This document shows, one piece after another, positions 23,432 to 39,096 of a DNA stretch of 64,000 nt. Positions within the stretch are counted from its first letter, which is position 1. Each line of letters begins with the position of its first letter. The translations under genes and the position numbers were made by a program. The notes below the pieces were generated by a model. That model had not been told where the DNA came from. It did no database searches and worked only from the letters and a program-made list of their open reading frames with translations. Source of the stretch: Protoeuglena noctilucae (taxonomy: Eukaryota); assembly GCA_958009085.1 (NCBI GenBank), contig OY253670.1:1054001-1118000 (forward strand). The letters are read 5' to 3'.

Positions 23432-26400
23432 CTAGTCCGCTTGCATCGTGATCAGGAAGCCTCCCGCGTCGCCCGGGCACCCGAGCGCCAACTCGAGCTC
23501 CAGAGGGTTGAACTCCAGCAGACCCCGCGACAGCGCCCGCGCCCTGGCCTTGCCCTGCGATTGGCGACAGCGGCCATCCATCACGCTCGCCAGCCCTGGC
23601 CATGAGATCCGGCCAGACGCGGTGCAGTGGCAGCGCGGTTCGAGGCTGATTGACATCGCTGGCGATGGTCACCTGGCCTCCTAGCGCGCCCAGCAGCGTG
23701 CCCATGCCACGCGAACGCCCGGGTCCCTGCAGGGCCCCGATCTGCTGTCCCTCCAAGTCAAACATCTTCACCACGCGTCCCGACGACGCCGTGGCGACGA
23801 GGGGCGCGTTCGGGTGCGCTGCCATGGCCACCATCGGGTGGCGCGAGTGGGCAGCCACCTCGCACACCATGGCATGCGAGGGACCCGCTGGGGCCTCCTC
23901 GCCCTGTGTTGCCACGCGCAGGTCGAAGATGCGGAGGTCCGCGGACCCGCTCGCGGCGATGAGGCGGCCGGTGAAGGAGGCGGGCTCGAGGGCGACGGAC
24001 ACCACGGGGGCGCGTGCCGGGTCGATTTGGACGGAGATGGCCGGGACGAGGCTGGGCGCGCGGATGTCGTACAGGGAGACGCAGCCGTCCGACGTGCCGC
24101 AGGCGAGCAGGGCTTCGGTGGAGGAACTGGGGGTGGGAGAGGTGCGGTGGCAGGTGAGAGTGATGTGGGGTGGGGTGCAAGGGTGAGGGGGGAACCAGGT
24201 GCGTCGAGAGGTGGAGAGACTAAGAGTGAAACGACATGTGCGTCGGGATGAGGAGCAAGTGGGGGAGCACGAGCAAAGTCGCACCTGACACCCATAGACG
24301 TCACGGCACCATCCGCGGACCCAGCCGCCGCCGCATCCTGCCTCTGCACCCATATCTGCGCGGAGCACATTTCCGACGTGACGTCCCAGCAGTACACAAC
24401 GCCTGGGACGTGGCCGCCCGCAGAGAAGACGGAGCCCAGGGCCGGGGACCAGGCGTGGCACACGGGAGCCTCCGGGCGCGTGCCGGGGGGCTGCGGGAGC
24501 GCGGCGAGGGGTGGTGAATCGCGATGTGGCTTGTAGATGCGGCGCTGTGCATGCTTCATAGGGGAACCAGGGGCGGGTGACGGTGCGTCAGCCATGAGTC
24601 AGGGCGCGACTGGCATTGTGCTGTGCCACATGCTTGGCTCGACACGCTTGGCTTCGCACAGACCAAAGCCGGCATGAGTCGCCGCACTTACCAGCATGAC
24701 GGACTTCCATGCGGCGGCCAGCTGCTGCTTCCCGGGCTCCGACACGTGGCGCCACACCCGCACAGCTCCGTCCGCCCCACCAGCCAAGACCAGGGCATCC
24801 TCAAACTGATTGACCACGAAGAGGTCGCTGATGCCGAGCGGGCCCTGGCCGGCGGGTGCGGCGGGGGACCCTCGGGAGCCCAGGCCAAAGTCGGACAGGC
24901 CGTGCGTCAGGCCCGGGAGGTGGGCGTGGGAGTGGGGCGAGTGGGAGTGGGCCGTGGCGTGGGCGGAGAGCGAGACGGGGAGGCCTGTGAAAATGTCAAA
25001 AGCATTCAGCAGGGGACCCCGGCCCCGGCCCGACAGCGCCGCCAGCGTGCCCCAGGCGCCCGCCAGAACGAGCGTGTCAGAGAAGGGCAGGAAGGCCGCG
25101 CCCACGCACGTCTCCGCGGCCATGTCGAGGAAAGCCACCTGGGGACTGCGAAGCACGAAAGCGGCGAGACGGTGAGGGTGGCTGAGGGTGAGGTGCAGGG
25201 TGCAAAGGTGCCACGATGCGCTCTGCATTGGTACTAGGCAACCCCATGTGCCAACCGTCCGGCGCCGCGCACCTGAGTTTCGAGAACGCCGCCCTGCTGC
25301 GGCACTGGTCGGCCCTGTCCCTCCAGGCCCCCTGCCTCGAGTGCTGCCGGACCGGGTCTGGCACCTTGCACCACCGCTCGTCGTGGCACACCACTCCCTC
25401 GGGACCCAGGAAGAAGACGTCCGCCGTCACTTGCGGGTGCAGGAGGGGACGCCTGCGGCCGAGACGCAGGCGCCCGGTGGGAGGCTGGTACAGGTAGGGC
25501 CGCGCGGGTGCCCACATCACACCGAGGGCACGCTGCCTGGGCTGAGGGTCGTCACAGGCACTTGCACAGGCCTCGCGGCTACTCGCCTGAAGTGGTCGCT
25601 TTCTAAAGAGTACACGGCGCTCGGGGGCAACTTGACGCGGCCGGACAGACCGCCCCACCCCGCGATGCCTGCGAGCATGGGTGCCACATCGAAGGTAGCA
25701 GATCGCTCAACATGCCGGATCCCGTCACGCTCGCGAGACCTGGGCCTCGGCCCTTGACTCACCGCTGGCGACCACCCGCGTGGTCCCGGGCATGCCGGGC
25801 GTGCTGGACCTGCTGCCGGGGCTCTGCCCCCCGAAGCGCATCCCCGGCGTCGGCGACGAGGGGCTCTCGACGGAAGATCCGAAGAGGCGCCAGGACCGGG
25901 TGGCCTGCACCCCCGCGCTCGACACGGGGATCCCTGCGCCAGAAACGCCGGCGCCCGGGGAGACCCCGACGGCCCAGGCGGGGCTGGCGGAGGAGCCGCC
26001 GTAGACGGCGGTGGAGGCGGCGGAGCGGTCGCGCCCCGGTAAGGCCCCGGGGTGGGCCTGCCGGGGCGTTGGCCCAGATGTGGTCGTGGATAGGTCCGAC
26101 GCGGACGGGGCTCGGCCCATGGGCTGCTCGATGCACAGGCCCAGCGACGAGAGGGCCAGAAGCGCAGAGTCCGATACCCTGCGTGGAGGCGCGAGGAGGG
26201 TCTGATATCGCACCCCATGTCTACCGCACCCACCCAACTGGGTGGGTCAACCCCACCAACCCACCCAACCCCACGCAGCACCCCGCACGCACCGGCTCGC
26301 GGGATCCGTGGCCAGGAGAACGACGGCGTCCAGGAGGCGCACATAGAAGGCCTCGAGAGCGTCCCTGCCCGGGACATCGACGCTGGCCTCATCCCCTGCC

Positions 26401-29400
26401 CCCGTCACGCCCATGAGCTGTGAGGGGCGCCTGCGCAGCCACGGCTCCCGGCTCGTCTCCGTCTGCGAAGCCAGGCCGGCCGACTGGCGGTGGTGGGAGC
26501 CCCCTGCTTCGTGGGCGGTCGTGGCCGACTGGGTCTGGCGGTGGTGGGAGCCGCCCTCCACTGACAACGCGTTGGGGCTCTGGGGGTGCGGGGAGAGAGA
26601 GTGGTGGGGCGGTGACGGTGCAGGTGGGTGCAACATGGTGCGCAAACAGGGTGGGCCTTTGTTGAGCATGTTGGCGTTGGTGGGTGTCATCCACAAGGGT
26701 TGGCTTTGAAAGGGCGTGTACAGACTGGGTCAAGTGACAACCTGCAACTGGGTGCAATGGGAGATGCGCCCTCCAGGGCTCACAGGGGACGGCGACCTCC
26801 TCCGCTGAATGGCGGCGGCGTGGCTCTGCAGGAACGCGTCCCGTGCGGCGAGGCAGAGGTCGTGGTGGCCGTGGCAGATGCGCACGAGGGCGTCCGACAC
26901 CTCCGACCGGACCAGGGCGCTGGCGTCGTGGAGGCAGCCGTGGGAGAGAATCTCGGAAATGATCTGGAAAGCAACGAAGAGGAGACACGTCACGTGTTGC
27001 ATGTCGGTTTACTGGTTGCATGGGTGTACACGGGCGCTATTCACGGTGCCTCATCGCATGGGTGCTGCTCAGCCCAGGCTATAGCAACTGCCGTCGTTCC
27101 AAAGCGCCACTCCTCGCCTGTCGCTCGTGTTCCATCCGCTCCGCCTCCGTCATCCCCGTCGTGCTGCAGGAAACGCGAGAAGCATGCTGTGCTGACATGC
27201 GCCCACACGCGATGACACGGTCGACCCAGAGAGGCACAGCCCCCCCTTGCATGCCTGCCAGGTCACTGAAACACATCTGCCCCGCCACGCCACCCTGCGC
27301 CTGTCAGGGCTGGCACAGACCCCAACAGCCCCAGCCCTGACCCAGCCTCACCTGGACGGTGCGGCAGGCCCTGCCCCGCCGTGCCCGGACCCCTCCTGGT
27401 GCCCCGTCCGGATGAGCGTGCCCAGCGCGAACACAGCGCACGCCCGCACTTCGGGCGCGGATGCCTGCAGCATCCCCAGCAGCATCCCGACCGCTCCCTG
27501 GGTGATGGCGATGGCCGACAGCTCCCGCATGCCGTCCCACAGCGTACCCATGCACAGGCAGATCCACTTGAGCAGAAGCGGAGACCCCAGCGCCGCCGCC
27601 TGCGGGGAAGGGAGTCGACACGTGGGCGTGATGACCTCGGACCTGAGTGCCTGGTACAACGGCGTCATGACACCATGACAAGCAGCTCTCCCGCTCCCCT
27701 CTGACCCCCCACGCCCACCTGCCACCCCTCCCCGAACCGCGAGATGCACACTTGCAGCAGGTTGGACCCCGCCGCGAGCGCCTGGCCCTTGGGGTGGTTC
27801 TCGCAGATGACCGCCAGGGCAAACGCAGCCATGGCACGGGCATCGGCGTTGGTGCCTGGCTCGGGGGAGTCCAGATACCGGATGAAGTACAGGTGCCCGT
27901 TGTCCTGCGAGCATGGGGCTCAGCGGGTCGCACAGAGACGCAGCAGGCGATAAAGCTGCAACCCCTTCGCATGCCCGCTCGTTTAGTCCAGCTAGCGTGC
28001 GCGGTGACAGCAACGGCGTCGCGGCGATGCACAGGTTGCCGCGCTCGCATGCGAGGCACCTAAGAAAGCGACCCCTGTGCATGTGGCCACACCCGGTGCC
28101 GCGCCTCACCTTGACCAGGTCTGCCTGGCACCCCGTGTCGAGGGCGAGGATCTTGGCCCATATGAAGACGAGGATCTCGTGGAGGTCGACCGAGTCGGTC
28201 TGCAGCAGCTTCAGGACGTAGGGGAAGATGCCGACCGACAGCGCCAGCTCCACTGCCCAGGGACCCTTGTCGATAAACCGGCCCAGGAGCACCAGGGCCT
28301 TCAGGCGGTGCTGCTGGCTGAGCAGGACCTGCGGGGGGTCGGAAGAAAGGTCGGGCATGCATGGACGGGGTGTGGGCATTGACAGCGCTGCCACTGTGGC
28401 GATGCAGCCACCGCGGCCCCGGTTGTCGGGGGCTGCGGCAGGGGTGCTGAGCTGTCGGGTTTGCTACGCAAGCGCGGCGCGTGTCCTCGCCTGCAGCACG
28501 ACCGGCAGCTGTTCGGGCGGGTGGTTCTCCTGCCCCCCGCGGCTGAGCCAGATCTCAAAGGCGGTCAGCTGATCCGTGAAGAAGGTCGACTGCTGGAAGG
28601 CCTTAGAGGGATCAGCGAGGAGGGCGGGGACCTGAGACAGGCACGACTCGGCTGGGGGAAGGGCGGGGGGTCGGCGTTGAGGATGGTAACAGTCGGGCAG
28701 AAGGAGGTGGCGGGGCGGGCGAAGCGTGCGCCGATGTCACAACGCCCCGACAGCAGCAGCGGTGTCTGGGCATTCCACCAGTGTCTGGACTCACCGGCGA
28801 GGTCCCATGCGTCCCACATGTGGTGGTGGTGCGTGGGTGGGAGGGCGGGGTACGAGATGGGCTTGCAGCCGTGGGCACGGAGGACTCGTTCTGCCAGGAG
28901 GAAGTTGCGGAAAAGCGACGCAACCAGGAGATCTTGGCGGAACAGCTTCTGCGGAATTGTGAGAGTGGCATTGGTCAGGTCGAAGCCTACCAGCTGCCCC
29001 GTGCGCGGTGATGGGAGGTGGCACGGGGTGGTGTCACGACGACGGTTGGCGTCACACGGACCACAGGAAGCAACACAACACCCATTTCATAAACCAACGG
29101 CAGAGCGCGGCTCGCCTGGAAGAGGGGCCGCGGGAGCACGTTCCATGCGATGGTGTCGGTGATGGCGGTGAAGACCCAGTTGAGCTCGCCGAGGGGCGTC
29201 TTGCGGTCCGTCTGGGTGCCCGGGATCTGGTCGACGATCTCCGGCGTCAAGTTGGGGTCGTCTGCGGGAATGCCACGCATAGCTCGCGCTCTGTAAGTCG
29301 TACCAGGGCCGCGCGTGGGGTGGGCAAAGCACGACACGCACCCACAAGCAAACATGTGCTGTCTAAGCGACGCGCGCCTCGCCTTTGAGCAGGCCCCGGG

Positions 29401-31123
29401 TGAGGAGCCACTGCAGCGCGACCTTGATGGGGACCGTGAGGCAGGAGGTGAAGAGGTCGGCGGGGAGAGTGGGCGCCTGGGGCAGCGTCTCGTCCGCCTG
29501 GCACGCGGCGAGCAGGATCGAGTCGCGCATGGACATGGACATGGTCGCCGCGTCCCCCGGGGGCGCGATGCCCTGCGTCTCCAGGTATCGCTGGTGTGCG
29601 AAGGCCTGGTAAGCCTGGACAATCTGCCCGGCGGCCGAGCAGTCGAGGACGTAGATCGCCGGGACCTGCACCCACATCTGCAAGTCGTACACTGCGGGGG
29701 CGGGCGGCAGGGACGGGGTGGGCGACGCGGGGCGAATCGTGTGGAGTTAAACCAGCCCAAGCCGCCGTCGCCTCGCCTGAGAGTGGGATGTACTGTGTGA
29801 AGGACTTGTTGAACACCCATATCTCGCCGTTCGCGGTGGGCTTCGGCACGCCGTGGCCCGTGTAGTGGAAGAGCACCCGCTCGTTGCGTGCGTTGCGGCG
29901 GCACGAGACACAGAGCCGCTTGACGTCGTCGACGGTGGGGTCCAGGGCTATCTTGTACTTGGCTTTGGGCTGCCACCGCTCGTACTGCTGCTGGAGGGCC
30001 TTGCCGATGGCGTCCAGGGCCTTTTGGGGCGGCATTGAGAGCGGGTCGATGCCACACTGCGGGTGGGGCAAGATGGGGGGCGGTGCGGTGACGACGGGTG
30101 GGGCGGGAGGGAGGTGGAGGCAGGCGGATGCGATGCTTGGGAAGCTGGCTCGGGGGTGGCTCAGGCAGAGCAGGGAGGGGCCTGGCCAAGCGAGGCACGC
30201 ACCTCAATGTGGGCGCACGGCGATACTTTGATGACGTCCGGCGGGTCGACGCCGATGTTGAGGCAGAGGACCATGGCCACGGCGGTAGTCTTCAAACGCT
30301 CTTTCTGCCGCCACTGCAAGCCGGGAAGGGGGTGATGCAGAGGGTGGGCCACGACGCAGGGACATCATGCGAGCGACAAGGCGCGTGGCCGAGATGCGGT
30401 GTGGCTGAAGGCGGTGGGAAGACTCGCCTTGGAAACGATGCCGAGCTGCCGATTGCCCGCCGCGGCCTTGTCCGTGACGGTGCCTCCCAAAGCATGGCGG
30501 TCATCGCAGAAAAACAAGGGCTGCACGTACCCGATGACTTCGCTGGCTGCCAGACGCCCGGAGGACGAGGCCTGCGGAGGTGGACTCGGGAGGGGTAGTC
30601 GGGCGGCGCAGGGGGCGCGGCCGGGGCTCGTAACCGAAGGAGCAGCGCAGCGCCGAGGGCCCCAGGCGCCGGCCGCGCGCCCGACGCGGCGCACGGAAGC
30701 GCGGGCGCTGAATTCGGGGATGACATGCACATCGGTGGAGTTTCATCGCGCCGACAGCACCGCATGCCGCCGCAACAGCACGAGATGGCAGGGGGCGCGA
30801 GCACACTCGGACCCCAGCAGCCGCGCCGTTTGCGGCTTGCGACCGGGAGCTGCGCGACGGCATGGCGCCGACCCTGAGCTGCTAGCGAGGACGAGATCGC
30901 CAACGCCTAGCGCAAGCTTAGGCACCACGACTCGCTCGAGTGCCTCTTCACAAGCCCGCCAGCGACAGGCCGATTCGCGCGCCCAAGAGTTCAGCACTCT
31001 CACCGCCTCTTCCAGGGTCAGTTTCTTCTGCAGCTCGGAAGCCACGGTCGTCGGCGAGAACAGCGCGCTCCCGCGACGACTCCTGGGCGGGACCAGCAGG
31101 GCCCCGGGGTCCTCGCTCCCCAT
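23432..31123 (-). CDS. RAPTOR: Regulatory-associated protein of TOR (RNC domain, HEAT repeats, WD40)
   Basis: [138 protein letters not shown] and a WD40 C-terminus; about 20 exons. Start at 31123 is inferred. Confidence 0.95.
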
Positions 31124-31511
31124 TCCCGCTGCGCCGTGCTACCTCGGCGCCATGCGAACGCGCACCAGGAAACCGGGAAGGGAACGCGCGCAACGCAACG
31201 GGTGGAATGGAGCGCTGCCTGAGCCAGACCGAGCGATGGCACCGTGCCCCTCAAAGCTCCGCCGCTATTTTTCACAGCTGAGTGGCACAGGCAGCTCTCG
31301 CAGGTGGTTGGGGGCTCGGGCCCCCCCGCCCGACGGGCCAGTGCCCTCCCCAGTTTCGGGACCGCCCGGCCGGCCCTCAAATAGCTCGGCGGTCGCTCCA
31401 CCGCCGGCATTCAAGCAGACACGGACAGTCCCGACCCGGTCGGCGCTCTCTGTGTGCTTAGAGCCTCCAACCCGCCTTCCGCGCACCGCGCAACAACCAC
31501 ACCCCGCCACC

Positions 31512-33590
<2,079 letters not shown>

Positions 33591-33723
33591 GCTCCCCTTC
33601 GGTCTAGGTCTGAAGGCCGCTAGGATAGGCGCCGCGTGGAGTGCGGGTTGACGCCCCTAACGCGCGGATGCCGGCGACTGGAAGGCCCGCCTGTGCTTGA
33701 AAGATGACGCAACACGCAAAGTC

Positions 33724-35426
33724 CTAGCTCGTGGCTGGCCGGCTGCCGGTGCCCAAGTCTAGCTGCAGCGTCATGGTGCTCGCTGCCCACGTCCCGTCGG
33801 CCTGCCGCGACCGCTCCGTCACCGTGGCCAGGCCGCTGAGGGAAGAGACTTGTGCAAGGCGTGGGTTGGGTGGCAGCCCGGTGGAGGTGCCAGTGGACAC
33901 CCATGCGACCAACCCACCTGGTCGTGACAGTGACGATGGTCTGGGACCGCGTCCCGTACGTCGACGCGTCCTTGGCCGCCTCCTCGCGCTCCCTCTCGTG
34001 CAGAAACTCCGCCAAGCGATCCCCAGGCACGTCCCCTGCAGCGCGGGTGCCATGGCGCGTCGCACCACGCTGCCAGCGCAGCCACTGCGCACCTGACCCT
34101 GCCAGCATCATCTCCCACCTTTGGGCTCCAGGAACCGCAGCTCAGGGATGAAGATGCGGTCCAGCATCGCCTCCATGCGAACGTTGCCCTCGAACTCGGC
34201 GGCCGTGGGCAGCTCGCTGTCGTCCCGCGCGCACCGCTCCGAGTCATTCAGCACACCCAGTGCGTCCTGCGGGTAACGTCAGTATCGCCAGGCTTCACCA
34301 CTCTTTGCCAAGCTCTGTCGCCTCCCCCGACGCCAGTTACACACGACACCAACACCACGCGGGCTGGCTAGGAGCCCCAGGTCTGGTGCAGAGCCCCTCG
34401 CCAAGTCCCCTGAGGTCACTTGGAGCGCACCTGGTGCAGCCCCTCGACCCACCCGTCCCCCAGCCCCCCTCGCTCCGCCTCCTGTCGGTACCGATCCACA
34501 AGCGCAGTCATCTCGCGCCGCAGTCGCTTCGTCTTCGGCCAGTCCTCTCCCATCACGTCGTTGCTGACGACGTGGATGCCCTTACCCAGCTCAGCTACCC
34601 TGGGATGCGGAAGGCCAGGCTGTCTTAGCGGAGCACAGGTAGCATGGCATGATGGAATGATGCAGACGCAGCGACTGTGAGACGCGCAGTGCGTACCTCG
34701 ACTTGCCAAAGACCCCGTCCCGATTCGTGAAGTATGCCAGCTCGTCCCTCCGCAGGTCCCCGACGAACAGGTTGAGCGAGTTGTACGCTGCGAGCACAAG
34801 CGCAGAGCGACAGGTGGGGCCAGGTGTGACGTGGTAAATCGATCCACACAGATACTCGTCGCTCGGGACCGTTGATGTCAAGACCCACCTGACCCGTCAA
34901 GCCCTCGCAGATATTCCAGGGGGCTCGGGCCCTGCCCGCCCGAAGGCTCCAGGAATTTGACCGTAATGTCCCCGCGGCTCAGCGTCCCCGTCCTCTCCTC
35001 CACGCTTGGGACGGAGACATTCGTAAGGAAAGCGAATCGCCCCTGGAGAAGGCGGCGCAACGGGGGATGGCGTGAGCACAGGGACCAGCTCGACATGGGC
35101 GTACGTGGCGCCAGCTCGCCGCGCGCCCGCACCTCGGTCGTGATTGCCAGCCATGTCCCGCCCCTCTCGAGGTCTCGTCCTCCCACAATATGCGGGTGCT
35201 CGTTCCAGATATGCAGCGGCGCGGTCGGCCTGCAGCTCGGACCATGGGTGATCATTGCTTCGCGGGGAGGGTATTTCTCAGCCGAGGAAAGACCGCAAAA
35301 GGTGTATCATGGTAACAAGTAATCGCGGGGGCGAAAAACGGACCTTGCGAGGGCCTCGTCGCGGTTGAAGGCCAGGAAGAGCAGCAGGCCAGGGACCGCG
35401 TCCCAGACCAAGCTCACGATGCACAT
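33724..35426 (-). CDS. TANGO2: TANGO2 / NRDE-family protein
   Basis: MCIVSLVW...LAFNRDEALARPTAP, GGRDLERGGTWLAI, GRFAFLTNV, SRGDITVKFL, YNSLNLFVGD, HVVSND...WPK and YGTRSQTIVTV. Confidence 0.92.
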
Positions 35427-35651
35427 CAGGCGCGGCCAGAGCGCTTAACGTCAACCGTGACAGGCGTGTGACTCCCTGAATCCGTCCCCTGAGCTAGTCA
35501 TTGACATGGGCAGCTCTTGCTGCAAAGTCTCGCGCCCCACGAGTCACAACGACACATCCTTGTCGACTTTTACCCTGTAACCTGGTACTCTCAACGCCAC
35601 GATGCCCTTTCAAAGGCTGGAGAACTCCATCGCTGTCCTGTGCAGCACAAT

Positions 35652-38600
35652 TCATGTCATGCCAGACCCCGCAACGGATCCCCCGCTGTGCCGCAGGAGC
35701 CGCGACAGGGGCATCCCCGCCCACAGCTCGGGCGCGTAGTCCGGGCCGCATATGTCAATCGTCAGCTGCCCGCCCCTGGCGCATCGTGCCAAATGCCTCG
35801 CCATCTCCACTGCGGCAGCACGCAGGGAAGGCTCTTCACGTTTCCATCCGTGCCTGGCCAGCTCGACACGCTGCGGATGGCCACTGTGACGGCCACTCAC
35901 CCGAGTGTTGCTGCAGAGGTGGCCCCGGGCGCACCAGCACCTGCCGCAGCCCCTCGTGTTGGCACAGCGCCACGAGCGTCGCCTCGGTAGCCAAGGTGTC
36001 CAGCAGCTCCAGGCGCCGGAGACTCGGCATGCGGGACACGCACTGGGCGATGTCGTTGTCCGCCACGCCCGGGCCTCCCACAGACAGCCGCCGGAGGTTG
36101 GTGAGGGCGGTCAGGCGCAGCACTGCGGGTGAGGCGGTGGGTGCGATCTGCCCAGACGCCGCTGCCACCCCGCGGCTCCTCGACAGGTGCTGCGCTCCCG
36201 GCACACTCACGGTGGCCCGGCGGTGCCGTGGCGGTGCCCTGAGGCACGCAGGTGAAGTCGAGCGCCACCCTGCGGAGCTGAGTCAGTGACCCGAGGCTGT
36301 CCCAGTCCTCAGCAGCCTTCATCCCGGCCGTCTCTGCGGGCAGCGTCGCACTGTGTCACGTTCCCCGTCACAATCTCTTGCCAGTGCCAGGTTTCGCTGC
36401 TTGCTAACACAGCTGCACCCTTGCACGTGATGCCAGCTCACTCACCAAGGTGCAGGGTCCTCAGGGCCGGCATGTCCCGCAGACGCCACAGCGACCCGCG
36501 GGACATGGTGACGGGCACCATCCGGAGACTGCAGAGCTGCGTCAGGCGCGCGACGGCCGTCAGAGCCTCGTCGTACACTTGGATGGGCGCGTGCGGCGAC
36601 TGCCCGCTGATGCTCAAGCAACGGAGGTCGGGGCACCGGGAGGGAAGGAGGGACTCTGCGGGTGGAAAGACCGCATGCACCAGTCTGGCAGACTCCAGCG
36701 GGGAGCTGGGGTTGCACGAGGTGTGCCATTCGCCACCTCTCAGAGTGGTGGCGGCCAGCATAGGAGACGACAAGCGTGCTGCGTGAGTCACCGAGGAGCG
36801 CGGGGCTGAGGCTGCGGGATCCCGGGTGCAGCTGCAGGTGGACGATGCGCAGGCGAGGGAGCAGGGGCAGGGACACCCCGGGGGCAAGGTCGGCGGGGAG
36901 CGGAGACAGGAAGAGCGCCGTGAGCTGCGGGAGGGGCGGGGACGCGCGATGGATCAACGGAGGGACGCGTGGGGAAGGGGCATGCGGGTGCTGGAACACA
37001 TGGAGCTGATGAGGCATGCGGCATTGACGAGGCATGTGGGACTAAGTTGGGCAAGTGATATCATGTGGTCTCTCGCCTGCGTCAGGCGCTCCAACTGGCG
37101 CAGGAGGTCCTTCCCCAGGTCCCCCGAGTCAGGCACGGGTCCGACCTGCCTTGGGCCCGACAGGAGCAGGGAGAGGGATTGCAGGGACTCCAGCTGAGAG
37201 ACGTCCAGGTCCCTCGCTGCGGGGTGATGAAGACGCATAATGCAAGGGATGAGGTGAGGCTAACAGAGCTGAGGATGACGTGAGAGGAGCAGGCAGTGGC
37301 TGCGGAAGGAGTGCCATCGCTGGCGCTCACCTGGCCCTGCCTCGGCCCCGTCTGCTTCGACTGGTGCTGGGGAAGCGTGACTGGGGCCCGCGCCCTGGGA
37401 TCGGTAGAGCCCTTGCGACTCCACCCTAAGCCGGGTCAGGTGCCGCAGCTCCCTGCGTGCGCTGAGCGCGCAGTGCCTGAGACCCAACAGCCAGCAGCGG
37501 ATGCAAGAGACCGCGTTTGCACATGCCTGCCGCATGACTGACTTCAGGGTCACTTGCGGGCACTGCAGATACCATTGTATACTACAGCTGATGTCCGCAC
37601 AGGTGTCACTGTCATCGATGTCTATGTGTTAGTCACCTGATGGGGCCGAGCGTCTCACGGCCAATGGCAAAGTCAGTCTCCAGGTTGAGGTCCGTGAGGG
37701 TCGAGGCGCGGGACAGGACGCTGACGAGCACGGCGAAGCTGGGCTGGAACTCCTCGGCGAGGCGCAGGTGCAGGGAGCGGAGAGACCTGCGATGGGCCAC
37801 ATGCAATCTGTCAGAGATCACACAGGAGCGCATACAGCGCCGGAGAAGGCACGTGGAGAGGGCCACATAGCTGTGCATGGAGCGCGTCGATCGTGACATT
37901 TGTTCGGACTGATATCGGCGGCCCACGCAGCAGCTCGCCTCATGAACGGCACAAACATCAGCGCCGAGCGTGCCAGGGCCGCCCCCGAGACGTACAGGCG
38001 CAGGGACTCCAGGCAGGGCAGCATCCGCGGGAAATCGGAGAAGGCCGCCGCGACCTGCTTCGTGACCTGCGGGGGAGGAAGCAAGACACATCATCAGCAT
38101 CAGCATCAGCATCAAAGCTGTCCGAGACGCGCAATGTCATCAATGGCGAGGGGAGGGTGGACCCCGTGGCAAGAACAGCGCACGCACCTCCAGCGGATCC
38201 CAGAACTCAAGGGCCTCCGACATGCCGATGGTGAGCTCGCGCAGGTGGGGCAGGGCTGCGAGGCACGACAGCTCGGGGGGCCGCACAATCCGGCCCACGG
38301 AGAGGCGACGCAGATGCGGGAAGAGCCGCGCGAGCCGGGGCCCGGAGTCGAGAAACAGGAGATGCGCGGATGTGACGAGCCGGAGGAGCCCGTTGTCGGC
38401 CGGCGGAGGCGCAGCAACGATCCCGGTCATGTCGGACACGCATATGCACGCGTTGGGCCCGTGGCCCGACGAACGGCCTGACCACGCGAGGCTGCTTTTG
38501 AGGTCTCTTGTCAGCTCTCCCGCATGAGGCCGCTGCGGTGTCGCGAGGGGCGAGGTCCCGTCGTCGAGGTCGACATTCACGTGCAGCAGCGCGGAGAGCA

Positions 38601-38882
38601 GCTCCGGGAGCAGTTCCAGCGGACGCTGTTGACCTGTGAAGGATGGACAGCAGCGGATTGTCGCTTTCGCGAGCGTGGATGAAGCCCAGCGGGAGAAACT
38701 GTCACACTGCAGGTGGCGCTCCCCACGGCCTGCGACGGGCCTGCCGTCTCACCGCTGCTCGCGATGGCCCGCGCCAGGAAAGTACGGGAGACGACAAGCA
38801 GCCTCGCGACATCGTTGGGGTCATCTAGGTGGGCCAGGATGCGATCGATAAGCTCCAAAGGCAAGTCCTCCAGCGCGCTCAT
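35652..38882 (-). CDS. F-box / leucine-rich repeat protein
   Basis: N-terminal F-box LEDLPLELIDRILAHLDDPNDVARLLVVSR followed by LxxLxL repeats (FPHLRRLSV, LPHLRELTI, LPCLESLRL, CPDLRCLSI, MPALRTLHL, LTNLRRLSV, MPSLRRLEL). Confidence 0.78.
38092..38114. repeat. (CATCAG)~4 microsatellite, intronic
   Basis: catcagcatcagcatcagcatca read directly. Confidence 0.85.
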
Positions 38883-39096
38883 CTCTCATCCGGTGTCGCG
38901 AGCGACGGCCCTGGCCGCGTGCGGAACACAAGATCCAGCGAATGCCGAATGTCGTGGACCCATGCGTCGCCAGCACTCGAAAATCTTCCTGCGTTTGCCA
39001 GTCACGCCAGGAAACGACGGGGAGGGTGCAATTTCAGCCCCTGCCACTCCCCTCCAACCATCACCGCCCCCCGCCGACGTTGACTAGCCCGCCGTC

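Noticed and set aside
15773..31123. NPC1 and RAPTOR adjacent, with INO1 and trafficking genes nearby, as a TOR/vacuole gene cluster
   Set aside because: Housekeeping genes in a dense genome; no shared regulation or conserved synteny can be shown from this window.
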